Shown here: piece by piece, positions 9,239 through 21,667 of the stretch
How positions within the stretch are numbered: position 1 is the first letter of the stretch
Layout: each line of letters begins with the position of its first letter
NCBI GenBank assembly: GCA_002269645.1
Contig: NIVC01003272.1
Location: 1,989 to 65,988, forward strand
Length of the DNA: 64,000 nucleotides
DNA from: Macrostomum lignano
Lineage: Eukaryota
Direction of reading: 5' to 3'
Program-made: the position numbers and the translations under genes
Notes under the pieces: generated by a model
Seen by the model: only the letters and a program-made list of their open reading frames with translations
Told to the model about the DNA's origin: nothing
The model's database searches: none

Positions 9239-12200
9239 GAAAAATTTTGTCCCAGAAGCCCCCTCATGCATTCTACTAAAGCCACAAAAAGAAAAATGTA
9301 GCGCGTTATCCCATCACCAAAATAGCTTGAAGCTGAAAACATCGAAATCGAAACGCATGCAACGGTTAGTCGAAGTTAAGGAAATGATCGCTAAATCGCA
9401 GAATTTTTTCAATAAATTAAAGTTTGGCCAAAAATTTCAACTACTCAGTTCTCAAGCCTCCTTTCGTGATTAGCGGACGCAGCCTCGCAATCGGCCTCGT
9501 GGAGGCCTTGCCAACCAGCTGCACTTTCGCAACTCGCACCCGTCTCTCCGCGGCAGCCAGCAGATGGTCGCGAATCGAGCCGTCTCGCCTTGCATGCAGA
9601 TGCGCCGCTTTGAGCTCAAGAACCTGGTCGCCATGGTCGGGTCTAATCGTCTGACCGCCGATCGTTCCTCATTCATGCTAACGACTCTGCTCCGACCAGT
9701 CACCCTTTGTCCATGCCACCAGCTGTCAACCTCCGTCAGCTGCTTCGCTGAAGTTCCTCGAGACAACGCATCGGCTGGATGGAATTCGGTCGTGACACAC
9801 CTCCACTGGTCCGGATCTGTGACAGACTTGGTCTCTCTGATGCGGTTCGCAGCAAACGGCTGGTCGACTTTAAAGGTGCACTTGTTCCGATCGCTTCTCC
9901 ATTCTACACCAAGCGTCTTGATGGATGGCAGCGGTGTGCCTTCCAATGTTACTTCGGCTACTCGATCTTCTGGTGGCACTCTGCTCAACAGTTCTCGCGA
10001 ATCGGACATCCATTTCCTGGGGTGCATGACTGCACGCTCCCAGCGAGTCTTCAACTCTTGAAGCAGCTGGATCGCCTCAGCCTCTGACCCGACCGAATCT
10101 AAACAATCGTCCATATAGGTGGAGTTGAACAGCGTCTGCAGCTAATGGCAGCTCTTCTTTCAGGCGTTCCGCATGCTCACGAACTACGAACTGAGCAAGA
10201 AACGGCGAGCTCGAGTTGCCGAAAACGATGCGGTTGCTCTCAAAAATTTAAACAGGCTTGCTGGAGTCCATCTCACGCCGTAGAAAGCTATGCGTCGGCC
10301 TGTCCTCCGGTGCCATTTCGATCTGGAGGTACATCTCGGAGATGTCACAAGCCCCAGCCACCGCATCTCTCCTGAAGCAAAGCAGAACGTCAAACAATTC
10401 TCGCTGAAGCTTCGGCCGTGGGAAGACCAGAGAATTTAAGGACTTTTCGTTCCCGCCCGCCGAGGCATCGAAGACGATGCGAACCTTTGTCGTCAGCTTG
10501 TCGAATCGAATGATCGGAAAATGTGGCAGAAAGCACCTTCTGGCTGAGAACCCCTCTACTGCAACGTGCCGAATGTAGCCTTGCTGCCCATATCGCTCTA
10601 GGCATGCTTGTATTGCTTTGCCACCTCCACATCTTTCTTCAATCGGGTCTCTGTGTTGCAAAGCCGTTGCAAAGCTATCTCATAGTTATTCGAGCGAACT
10701 TTCGCCTCTGGCTTCCACGGAATTCCCACCTGGTATCGGCCGTTAGTTACCTTTAACGAAGCTTGCTCGACTGCAGCTTGCTCGTCCGCTGTCCAATTTT
10801 GGTCCTGAGCTGACCAGATTTCTTCGACCTCCCGGAACTTACGTAGCACTGGTGACAGCATCTCCTCGCTGGTGAAACAGAAAAAGGTGCTGGCCAAGTT
10901 TGTCTGGTGCTGAATCTGTTCTACTTGACCCACACCTGTCCATCCAAGGGGAGTCAAACGTGCCTGTGGCTCCTTAGGGCCACCGCGAACTTCTCCGTAG
11001 GACACATGTAGCTCCGCATGATCCACTCCTATCAGCAGGTCTATGAGATGCGGCGCATGGAGCTGAGGAAATGGAATATGCTCCAGATGTTTCCAATCCG
11101 CTGCTGTCGTCTGCCAATCCGTGGCCTTCAGCTTCCCGGTGACGCTGTCTGTCGTGAATGCCGTGATCGGACGACTCAGACTTCCATCTGAGCGTCATCA
11201 GAGCGTCATCGTAACCGGAGCTGTCAAGAATTTCTCTGTCTGTCCGTTCAAAACGTTCACTTTCACTCGCTCCACATTGCCCTCCAGTCCCAGAGCTTCA
11301 ACAATCTCTGCATTCACATACGTCTTTGTACTCGCGTCGTCCAACAGTGCGCTCACTTTCACAACACAGCTGCCTGCCTTGAGAACCACTGGAACAGTTC
11401 GCAGCGACGTTGCACCTCCACTTCCTGCCATCATCGTTACGGCGGCTCCTTTGCGACCCGACTCAGCGCTCTTTTTTACTCCTTCTGCCGACGAATTTCT
11501 CTTCGACTCAGTTTTTCCCGCCTCGTCAGAATGCAGCAAGCGCGGTGGTGAAACTTGTTGCATTCCTCAATCTCACATCGACGTCCATGACGGCATATCC
11601 GAGCAGCATGACCGCGAGCTAAGCAGCAAAAGCACGATTTTGAATCACGCGCAGCCTTCCAGCGATCTTCAGCTGACAGCTGTCTAAACGTTGGACACTT
11701 CCACAGCTCATGTTGATCTTGACACAGCATGCAAGATTTTGACGGAGACATTTGCTGATGATCTACAAGAAACGTTCTGGACCGCGTCTCCTTAACCTTC
11801 TCTTCACTCGTCACACCGTGCACAATCTACATGTACATGGCTTCTGTCTGGAAGGCGGCTTCTATCAGCACCCACTCACGCAAAATCTTTACGCTCGCTT
11901 GCCTATGTCCTTCGAATAGCCAACGTCGGTAACGCGCCACCATCTGCTCAGGGAGCTTCTTCTGCAACTTTGCGTAGTCAATAGCCCGTCAGTCAATTCT
12001 GAGACCTTACCAGACTCTTCGAGATTTACAACTGCGACATCTAACCGATTAGAAAATTGCTTATGCTCTTTTGCATTGGTGAAGCGGATGAGTGGAAAGT
12101 TATCGAGCTCTTCAAGATACAGAGCATCGGCGGCTGCCCCTAAATTCGCGTTCCAATCTGTCTTTTGCAGCCTCGTAAGCAGCGGCAGAGTGACCCAGAT

Positions 12201-12704
12201 GTTCGAATAATTTCAAAGCCGGCCCTTGAAGATACTGTCGGAGTTGAAGCAATTTGAACTCTGGTGTGGCAGGAGCTCTATCAATACGAGCAGTGAAGGC
12301 GGCTTTCCAAGATTCGTACTGCTGCTTTTCGCCGCCGAACTTTAGAATCTCTACACGCCGAAGCATCTTCCAAAGATCTTTTTGCCAACTCGGCTTCACT
12401 GCTGCTAGTCTGAGAATGGCCCGCCTTTGCCTTTGTCTCGAGCTTCTTCTGTGGCTTCTTGCTGAAGGAGCTAGTCATAGAATGCGTCAAGCAGCTTCAC
12501 GCACTCCTCGTGTGCTGCAGTGGCTGCATCGCACGCTTGCTGGATCGCTCCATGATCGGTGTCGCTCTGTAGCAACAGTACCAGCCGGTTTCGAGTTCTA
12601 GTTGCTGCAGACTTCGTTCTTGCTTTCACTCGTCGAAACTGTTCGATGCGAAGCCGCTCCTCAGTGCTGATCTCTTTTTTCATCTTCTGAGCAGCCAGTC
12701 TGCT

Positions 12705-12870
12705 CGTGGCTGGCCATTCGTGATTCAATTCGTGGCTGGCCATTCGTGATTCAATTCGTGGCTGGCCATTCGTGATTCAATTCGTGGCTGGCCATTTGTG
12801 ATTCAATTCGTGGCTGGCCATTTGTGATTCAATTCGTGGCTGGCCATTCGTGATTCAATTCGTGGCTGGC
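12705..12870. repeat. 26-bp tandem repeat (about 6 copies) in the BEL 5' leader
   Basis: Near-identical copies of gtggctggccattcgtgattcaattc. Confidence 0.9.
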
Positions 12871-12880
12871 TATTTACCTG

Positions 12881-12898
12881 AACCACGCTCTGCTACCA
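12881..12898 (-). promoter_or_regulatory. Primer-binding site complementary to initiator tRNA-Met
   Basis: Minus strand TGGTAGCAGAGCGTGGTT lies just after the LTR CA end and matches the tRNAiMet 3' end (...CUCUGCUACCA). Confidence 0.75.
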
Positions 12899-13244
12899 AA
12901 ATGTTGAAAAGAGAATCCAAAGAATCGAGAATGCAGCACTTGGCGGCTAGCCTCGCAATCGACAATCGTAGCAGACAACAAATCAAAAGGGTACGCGCAG
13001 TCTAGTCTTGCTAGGTATATTTATTCTCAATTTATTAAGTAGAAGGCGGGGTTGACACAGGATTTAGCGAGGGGGGTTGTAAATGTGCATGAATTACTAT
13101 GTACTCGTACGTTACCAATCAGAATGGGGGGTGAGAAAGGTGGCGTGAGGCGCGGAGGGGGGCAGGTAAAATAGGCAAATGATGAGTAATAGTACAGACG
13201 TACAATGAAATAAGCAAAACCCTTTACTCTTCAATCCAGTCCAG

Positions 13245-13692
13245 GGGCCCGTGCTATAGAATCAGGAGTTAGGAGTTAGGAGCTAGGACTCAAGAGTACT
13301 CTTGACAAGGAGTGATTGAATTTTGTGTGCTATAGATTTCAGGAGTTAGGAGTTAGGAGCTAGGACTCAAGAGTACTCTTGACAAGGAGTGATTGAATTT
13401 TGTGTGCTATTGATTTCAGGAGTTAAGAGTTAGGAGCTAGGAGTTCTTGCAAGGAGTGCAGCCTAGGAGTGGGGGTGTGTTCAAGGAGTGTTGCGCAATC
13501 ATTTAAGGAAAGAATGCCACGGACCTTAATGAGTTCTCCTAAATTCACCCAGGAGTCTCCTAACGTCCTTAAGGAGCCTCCTAGATCTTAAAATTTACTC
13601 TTGATTCTATAGCACAGAAAAGCCAGCTAGGAGCTAGGAGTTAGGACACTCTTAAGGATTTAGGAGTTAAGAGTATTCTATAGCACGGGCCC
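13245..13692. mobile_element. PIF/Harbinger-type MITE
   Basis: 18-bp TIRs GGGCCCGTGCTATAGAAT, flanked by 3-bp CAG duplications (13242-13244 and 13693-13695). Contains an internal duplication of about 70 bp. Confidence 0.75.
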
Positions 13693-13924
13693 CAGTTCTA
13701 AAAAACTAGCGGAAATTCAATTCAGACAATTCAGACAATTCAGCATTCATTCTTGCACGCTTTTGTGCAGGAATGGATATCTATGGTAAAATCTCACAGA
13801 AAAATCATTCTGGCGCTGAAATACATATAAACTTATTCAAGCGACCAAGTGGGGAATAAGACAATTTACTTTAAACAGACACCCATATGAAGGCACAATA
13901 TCATAATGCATGTCATTAACTCAG

Positions 13925-14330
13925 TGCCAGCCTTGCGAAGCCTCCTACGAGTAACTTCATCAGCACGTCGACGACATGTGTCTGCATTTAGCTCTGACTT
14001 TGTTGGTCACTGGCCTTCTGCACCCAGGCGGAGCTTCTGGACCTTCAACAGATGGCACGAAGTGACTATGGACACCATTATGTTGCGAATTTCGCTAGTT
14101 TCGCTGATCAAGCCTCGACAGTGGGGCAAACCTCAAACTTTGGACTTCCTCTTCTACTTTCAAGCATTCCGTCATCCCCGATCCGTCGCCGTCGGCACAT
14201 TCAACAGATGACACCAGGTGGACTATAGGGACACCATGCTGCGAGTTTCTTTGATATCTCTCACCAAGCATCAATAATGTAAAACTTCAACTGCTGGTCA
14301 TCCTCAGTCTCTCAAGCATTCTCCAGTTTC
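13925..14330 (+). repeat. Dispersed repeat, homologous to 32.8-33.8 kb
   Basis: Shares cacccaggcggagcttctggaccttcaacag and ctagtttcgctgatcaagcctcgacag with 32,925-33,020. Confidence 0.8.
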
Positions 14331-15813
14331 GCTGAGTTGAAGTTTCCTGGTAGTACCAGTAAGTAGCTAGTACATAATCTAGTCTACAAGTAGAAGTACT
14401 AGGTTTTTCGAAAGAGATTTTAGGCAGGTTATACTCGCATTCTCGGTCAACATAATTCTGATTCCAATCATAGGTTCGAATTCTAAATAGGAGTACTCAG
14501 CAAAAGCAAGTCTTCCAAGAAAGATTCGTGCACAAATGTTGTTGGCGCATGGCTCAAGTTCGATGAACTTCCAGATTGAGAATGGAGCGTCCGTTCACGC
14601 ATTGGCTCCTATCGCTCTTACTAGTACATGTAGCTATTATTCTAGCTCGTACATGTACATCGCAAAGAAGTACGTCAGACTACGTCAGTTTGAGGCAGGT
14701 ATCTGACTTTAGCTGGTTTTAAACATCCCGCGCCGGCCTGACCTCGCTTTGGTGAGTTGGTTGGGTGCGGGTGACCTGCGGGCTTAGGGCCGCCTCCCCC
14801 TTCCACTCTGCTATTTAGTCTCGCGTCGCGGCCTTTGGCAATATATATTTTTATATTTTTTATTTCAACAATAATAGACTTCGTCGCTTAAGGGCTTCAC
14901 TTCTCCTTTCTGGACCGGGTGTGTCGGTCTTTTGTGCCACTTGCTTTTGCTCTGCGTTTGTCTTTTGGAGTTTAACCCGAGATAAAACGCAAAATATTAA
15001 CATTACTGACGATAAAATAAAACCGGCAAGATTTTATTGAAAGCGTCTGTATACTTTTGCCAACTAAGCTTCAATGCTGGCAACAGAATTTTAAGTAGTT
15101 AATTATATTATTTACGTTAGTTATGCATCACATGATAAGTTAGCTACCTAAAAATTATAACAATTAAAATGAAGCCACGACGATGGGCATTTTCCAGAAC
15201 AGCATTAATTTTTATTGATCGCTGATTTCATGTACTCGTAGGTTGAAGCGCATAAAAATCTAGATTTTAAAAGTCCACGGAACGAAGCATAAGAAGACAG
15301 TTAGGATTTTTACGGAAAAGACTACAAAGAACACAGGTGACAGACAGTGTACACCAAATTAGAATGAGCGCGCAGACCTAAAACAGGGTTCCCAATTCAA
15401 ATGATCAACTATTGTTCATATAGTTTTTGATCACGTCTCAAAAAGCGACCAAAAGTTAAGCAAAACAGTGCAGAGAGCAGCCTGTATCACGTGATTGCAT
15501 CGGCATGGACACGAGCTTTAGTCTGCAGCTTAAATATAGGCTAGCAAATCTATCTGGAATCTTCAAGTGAACAGCGGCGGTGCGGAGCGCCCGAGAGCTG
15601 ACCAAGGCATTTGAGCCGATAGCGGAATTTATAAAACAAGGCAGTGAAGCAAAAGATTGCTCGGGAATTGTAGGCAAGTCAGATAGGTAAGGTACTTAGA
15701 GACACACAATATTTGAAAGCCTGGTTTATGGCCGAGCAGCAAAATACGAAAGAGGAAGTTAGTGGAGCTATTACAGAAAAGCTGATCGCCGAGCCAGCCA
15801 GCAAGTCCAGGCC

Positions 15814-18800
15814 TCACTCTCGCACGGACTCGAGCAGGTCCATTTTGGGCGAGTTCTCGAATAGCGCCGCCCGGTTCTGATCCTCCGCCTTCTTCACCCA
15901 GTGATTATAAACCAGGAACGCCGTGCTGTCGATCAAGCGCCGCATGGCGCGCACGCTGTACGGATCCGAGCGAAGGCGCCGAATGTCCAGCCGACTGGGC
16001 GCCGAGTGCAGACGGCTGAGGCGACACAAGCAGCGGACGGCCAGGATGGCGGAGCGGAACCGGCTGCGCGGGTCAAACGACAGGCGTGGAAGCTCCTTGA
16101 TGACCAAGGCGGGGATAGCTGGCTTTACTTAGGTGATCAGGGATTTAGCACAATCTCGGGTGGTCAGCTTGCAAAGAGGGGCAGGTCTGTAATCCTTAGC
16201 CTATGAATGGGACAGGTGGAAAATAGAAGGGCAGGTCTGTAATCCTTAGCCTATGAATGGGACAGGTGGAAAATAGAAGGGCAGGTCTGTAACCCTTAGC
16301 CAATGAATGGGACAGGTGGAAAATAGAAGGGCAGGTCTGTAACACTTAGCCAATGAATGGGACCGGTGGAAAATAGAAGGGCAGGTCTGTAACCCTTAGC
16401 CTATGAATGGGATTGGTGGAAAATAGAAGGGTAGGTCTGTTATCCTTAGCCTATGAATGGGATTGGTGGAAAATAGAAGGGCAGGTCTGTAATCCTTAGC
16501 CTATGAATGGGACAGGTGGAAAATAGAAGGGCAGGTCTGTAATCCTTAGCCTATGAATGGGATTGGTGGAAAATAAAAGGGCAGGTCTGTAATCCTTAGC
16601 CTATGAATGGGACCGGTGGAAAATAGAAGGGCAGGTCTGTAATCCTTAGCCTATGAATGGGACCGGTGGAAAATAGAAGGGCAGGTCTGTAATCCTTAGC
16701 CTATGAATGGGATTGGTGGAAAATAAAAGAGCAGGTCTGTAATCCTTAGTCTAAAAATGAAATCGATATAAAAAAGAAGGGCGGGTCTTAGTGGTTGAGT
16801 ATAGACTCAAAGTGCAGGAGTCGATGGGCCCGAGAAGAAAGCTAGTCAGACAAGTGCACGTACACCAAAGGTGCTGGGTACCGAGAGAGACGATGGTATG
16901 CAGATAAAATTCGAAAAGGGCTTCCTGTGGAGGTAGGGAATGATAATAACAAACTATAAATTATCACTATAGCAATCCGGGGTGCCTATGTGTGTGATGA
17001 AACAACTACAAATGTTTAAAAGGCTTTTTTACACTAAAATACAGAAAATACTGTGATTTGGTGCAGCACTGGAAATAGCTTGTTGAATAGGCAACAAAGA
17101 GCAATCTTGAGTTACGAGCCGTCGTACTATGGTGCTTCGTGCTTGTCACTTTTAGATTCCTTAAAATTATATAGAAGGGCGAAACTATATCAACACCGAA
17201 GTGCGCCGAATCAAGAATCAATGGTGGAAATGCTTCAAACGAACGTGCTGTCGGTTCGTGAGCTTTCTGAATTCGGTGCATCGAACGAGTTTACTAAATA
17301 ATTAGCAGGTGCAAATGCAATTTTTTTTACTAATAGCAGGTACTCTGATTTCAATTTACTGCTGGTGCGATTCGCGAAAATCGAATGTGAATGAAAAATC
17401 GCCAATCCAGAGTGACAGTTGCTGATGCCACATGTTGAAAAACTTAATGCACTGCACTCGTTACTGCTGACACCAATTGAACGGGATTCAAAAGAACAAC
17501 AATGCATCTAAGTAATCAGGCAGGCGCATGTAAACTAGAAACTAGCAGAACAGCAAACCGGTAGCTCGGGCAATTTGTATGCTACCTGCGCATTTGACTG
17601 CAATATTCTGGTAGTTACCTGGCTACGAACTCCACTGGGAAGGCTTGCGTCTATCTTAAAACGTGGAGATGGGAATAGGTTGCAAACTTTAAGTGCGGAA
17701 AACAAAAAATATTTGATTTTTGTCTTAGCTATTCGCCAAAGATTATTTGCTTTTCTGATTTCAAAAAAATACCTAAGGAAATAAGATGCAAAGTGGATAT
17801 AACAAAAATACGCTCATCGCTCATGAAAACAAAAACGGCATTGATGGCTGAGACATTATTGGTTCACTAACGCAATAATAGAAATGAGCGAATGGCATAA
17901 ACGGAACAACTATCAACACAATAGCCTCACCTGCCGGGCAAAAAAACTGGTGCTGCAGTGCCTCAGCAGCAGTTGGTCTTTGCTTTGAGTCCACCCTGAG
18001 CAGCCTGCGAATGAGGTCCTTTGCAGCGTCCGAGATCTCTTCCCACTCTGGAGAATCGAAGCTGAAGCGGCCCTCCATGATGAGCCGCAACATGGTCATC
18101 TGCTTGCGGTGCCAGAAGGGTGGCGATCCGCTGAGCATGGTGTACATGAGCACGCCCGAGGCCCACATATCCACCGCCCTGCGGATTGAGGAGGTAATTG
18201 GAATGACCTCCTGATTGAGGAACAGCGAAGTAGTTTAGATAGAGAAATGGCCTCATTGTAAAATCGTTTCAGTCGATCCTGCAGTATGGCTGGGAAAATG
18301 AAGAATCAAATTACAGTTCCAACACACGAAGACTCACGAAATAGGGGGGGGGGGCAGCTTTATCGTTTATAATAGATAGAGTTTTCGTGTGTTTCAGCGA
18401 TCAAATATACCCTTACGACAGCCCGTGTGTGTTAAGACGCGTTGGTTTTTCGCATTCGATGTCAATGTTAAGCTTTATTTATCTACTATTTTTGTTACGA
18501 TTTTGCCCTCACAGACCAATGGCTCTCCGTCGGGTGCAGTAAAAATTCTGAGACGCCTCACCTGCCGTATCCATGCACGGAAGTCCGCTCGTATCTCTCG
18601 TACATGTTCACAATGAGAATCTCTGGACTGAGGTAGCTGGGAGTGCCGCACAGGTCCGTGAGGCTCTCGTCGTCTTCTACCTCGGTGGCAAAGCCGAAGT
18701 CTGTCAGCTTGATGTTCATGGCTTCGTCGAGCAGGATGTTCTCAGCCTTGATGTCCCTGTGCACAATGCTACGTCTATGCAAGAACTGCAAGGCATCCAG

Positions 18801-19441
18801 CAGCTGCTGCATCACCGCTCGGGTTCGCTTCTCGGACAGCCGAACCACCTTGTTCAGGTGCTCGAACAGCTCGCCGTTAGGACAGCTATCAAAAGTTCCA
18901 ATAGGGGGCCGCTGTGTTATTGAATCCGCATTTTTCTACACTCTTTCGTATAATTGATGTATTTAGATCCACACCTAAGCGAACAAGCGCATGAGTTAGT
19001 GCATATAAATACCAAAAAACTTACATTTCGAACACGAAGAACACATATGCAGCTGTTTCGAAGTAGCCATGGAGCAGGATAATGTTGGGGTGGCCTTGGA
19101 CTTTGCGAAGAACTTCGAGCTCCTTCATGGCGTCAGCCCTCGCATCCTCGCTATTAGCATCCAAGTTGTTTAGGTCGATAACCTTTACAGCAAATTCCTT
19201 CTTGGTGGATTTTTCCACGCACTTTCGCACCACACTACTGAGGCCACTGGAATTGTGAGGTAGGAGTCAAGCAATGGCTTCATTTAGTGTGTATATTTGC
19301 CACTTTTGTAAATAAATAATCCAAAATAAATATAATTAAAGATACTTACTGGCCAAGTACTTCCTTAGGCTCATACTGGCTGTAAAACTGATTGGTGTTG
19401 CCACTGTCATCACCTGCTCCATTTGGGTATCCTATAGTCAT
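15814..19441 (-). CDS. PHKG: Phosphorylase b kinase gamma catalytic subunit, 5 coding exons, about 396 aa
   Basis: Exons 19350-19441, 19025-19246, 18562-18885, 17931-18178 and 15814-16118, all GT-AG and phase-consistent. Motifs [41 protein letters not shown] and DMWASGV, plus the PhK-gamma tail [26 protein letters not shown]...QNRAALFEN. Confidence 0.93.
16178..16750. repeat. 50-bp minisatellite (about 11-12 copies) in PHKG intron 4
   Basis: Unit gggcaggtctgtaatccttagcctatgaatgggacaggtggaaaatagaa. Confidence 0.95.
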
Positions 19442-19642
19442 TGCAAGCCTGAAGATTGAATCACAAATTTCAAATTTAATGAGAAAATATTATATATAGA
19501 TCCAAATGTAAATACAATATAATTATAAACAAATAATTATACTAAGAAATATACATCTATGACAACTTTGGGTGCTGTTTTAGAAGAGTGAAAACCCTTT
19601 TTTAGGGTTTTCATATGATATTATTATTCACGATACATACAT

Positions 19643-19798
19643 GTGCAACCTTGGGATTCACCCAGCCATCTCTATTGGCAACACACACATGTAAGTTGCT
19701 ATTGGCTGAGAGCAGTCACGTGACTACTATTCCATCCAATAGCGACTTACATGTGTGTGTTGCCAATATAAACAGCCAGGTGAATCCCTAGGTTGCAC
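19643..19798. mobile_element. Palindromic hairpin MITE-like element upstream of the PHKG start codon
   Basis: Arms gtgcaaccttgggattcacc / ggtgaatccctaggttgcac and attggcaacacacacatgtaagt / acttacatgtgtgtgttgccaat, centred on agtcacgtgact. Confidence 0.65.
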
Positions 19799-21204
19799 CC
19801 AAGCATGCAATGATAAATCTTAAGAGTTACATTTAATTTAATATCAAAATATGTTAATTAGTTTCATTTATATTTCACTGTGGACCCATTAAAATTTTTT
19901 GCAAATGAGATATGTGCAGGGCCCCTCCCGATTCTTACAAAATTGATAATCGTATAACTCATTTTGAATGCGTGCCAAATCTAGGAAAACACATTTGTTA
20001 TAATACACATATTTTTCATATTTTACACGAACTAATTTTTGTTTAAACTAGCAGTAAATTTTAGTATAAATAGAAGCGTTTTTGGTGGAGGAGAGACCAA
20101 CCTCGCGCATCGCGGTTCCTTAAGAAAGAAAGCCAGTATCAAATAGTAAGAGTTTCAAGTAAACATTATTGAAGATTTTTTTCCGAGTTATTCATTTGCA
20201 GAAGAGAAGTGAAGTGGGAGAGAACACATACAGTATATACTACTGAGAAGTGGAAGTAGTAAGAGACTATGAAGTAGATCCTAAATTGATACATGAAAGA
20301 ATAACTGGAGGCTGTGACCCTCTGATCTCGGTAATGCCTAGGATTAGAAGTACATGCAATACATCTACCAGTAAGCCAATACACCGCTCAGGCCAGAATA
20401 ATAGTAGAATGCTACCATAATAACAGTAGAATGCAACTTGTATACCAAGAATAATACTAAGAATAATACTCGGACTTATACTCAGAATAAATACTCAGAC
20501 TAGCCTAATTCTAAAAAACATTTCTCAGACTTATTCTAAGATTAATAAACTCATAATTTATTAATAGAATAGTCTTGGTGGCAGCTACCAACATTTATAA
20601 TGACAGAAATTAAGTCCTATGACAATTTTGGTGACATAGTGGAATTATTTATAAAGTTAGAAGGTTAGCCCTTTGACAACTTGGTGGCTAACCAGTGGGA
20701 TTTTGTATCGTACAAGAACACTGCTTTGACAGATATAAAAAATTCATTCTTTCTTACTTAAAATTTGTAGAAATTAACATTTTCCTATATATTTTAAAAA
20801 CCTTGAATTTTACTTGACCCTAGCAAGCTAAAAAATTACTTTTTTATGCTACAAATAAAGACAGTCAAGTTAAGCCCTAGAATTATATGTTTTTTCTATG
20901 AACTTTTTTTTAATCAATATTGTCTAAGAACCAATGCTACTTAAATATAAATTTCATTGTCCTAGAAAATTAGAGAAAAACTAGCAATCTAGTGCCCCCC
21001 TTCCAATAAGCAAGGAGCAAAAATTATTCATAGAAAAAAATTAAAAAGCACTTTTTCTTAAGAACCAATTCCTTCTTCAGTTTTAAAAGTCACCTTATTC
21101 GAGTAAAATTGTCATGGCCAATGATATTTGCTATGAATCTCTTCTTTTCTAAAATTAACAAAGACAACAAAATAAAGCTTTCACAAAGATAATAGACATT
21201 CCCC

Positions 21205-21660
21205 CTAAATAGAAAACATCCCCAATATAGCAAGCATCCCCGAGATAGCAAGAATCCACCTAGATAACAAGCATCCCCCAGATAGCAAGCATCCCCTAGA
21301 TAGCTAGCATCCCCCAGATAGCAAGCATCCCCCTAAATACCAAGCATCTACCTAGATAGCAAGCATCCCCCTAAATACCAAGCATCCCCATATAGCAAGC
21401 ATCCCCCAGATAGCAAGATACCAAGCATCCTGAAGATAGCAAGCATCCTGAAGATAGCAAGCATCCTGAAGATAGCAAGCATCCCCTAGATAGCAAGCAC
21501 CCCTCCCCCCACATAGATAGCAAGCATCCTCCAGATAGCAAGCACCTACTACATAGATAGCAAGCATCCCTTGATAGAAAGAATCCTTTATATGTAGATA
21601 CACATAGCTAGTACCCCTCTCTCCTAAACAGCAAGTACCTCGAGAGCAAGCATCCCCCAA
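21205..21660. repeat. Degenerate 18-22 bp satellite (agatagcaagcatcccc), resumes at 23,260-23,360
   Basis: Many copies of gatagcaagcatcc on both sides of the 21,668-23,238 insertion. Confidence 0.85.
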
Positions 21661-21667
21661 TAGTAAG

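Larger units (their letters stand above)
1..9277. mobile_element. Polinton/Maverick-like endogenous dsDNA virus (adintovirus-type), right portion, decayed
   Basis: Intronless cluster of pPolB, C5 protease, A32/FtsK-like ATPase and MCP/penton-like genes, followed by 80-bp subterminal repeats and a ...CTACT candidate end. The left end and integrase would lie outside the window. Confidence 0.9.
9460..13040 (-). mobile_element. BEL/Pao LTR retrotransposon, decayed and internally deleted
   Basis: Gag DUF1759-like KFGGEKQQYESWK..., Cys/His knuckles CMLC...H...C and CFCCL..GH...C, protease ALLDDAST, RT KVRIVFDASA / DISEMYLQI / YMDD, NPAD-like HPADALSRG, integrase C-terminus VRVAKV...RPIARLRPL. PBS and 5' LTR start (TG at 12902 on plus strand). 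The LTR outer end is approximate. Confidence 0.9.

Noticed and set aside
1-9277. Retroviral-type integrase of the Polinton
   Set aside because: No DDE integrase motifs in the window; it may lie upstream, so it is not claimed.
9481-12961. Shared 13-mer agcctcgcaatcg (9481 and 12949) as evidence for a BEL 3' LTR
   Set aside because: The match does not extend, and the first copy lies in integrase coding sequence. No second LTR was found.
16178-16750. CRISPR-like array (also the 26-bp and 21-bp arrays)
   Set aside because: Units are contiguous with no unique spacers, there are no cas genes, and the context is a eukaryotic intron.
17006-17784. Nested gene in PHKG intron 4
   Set aside because: Short ORFs on both strands, with no recognisable motif or convincing splice structure.
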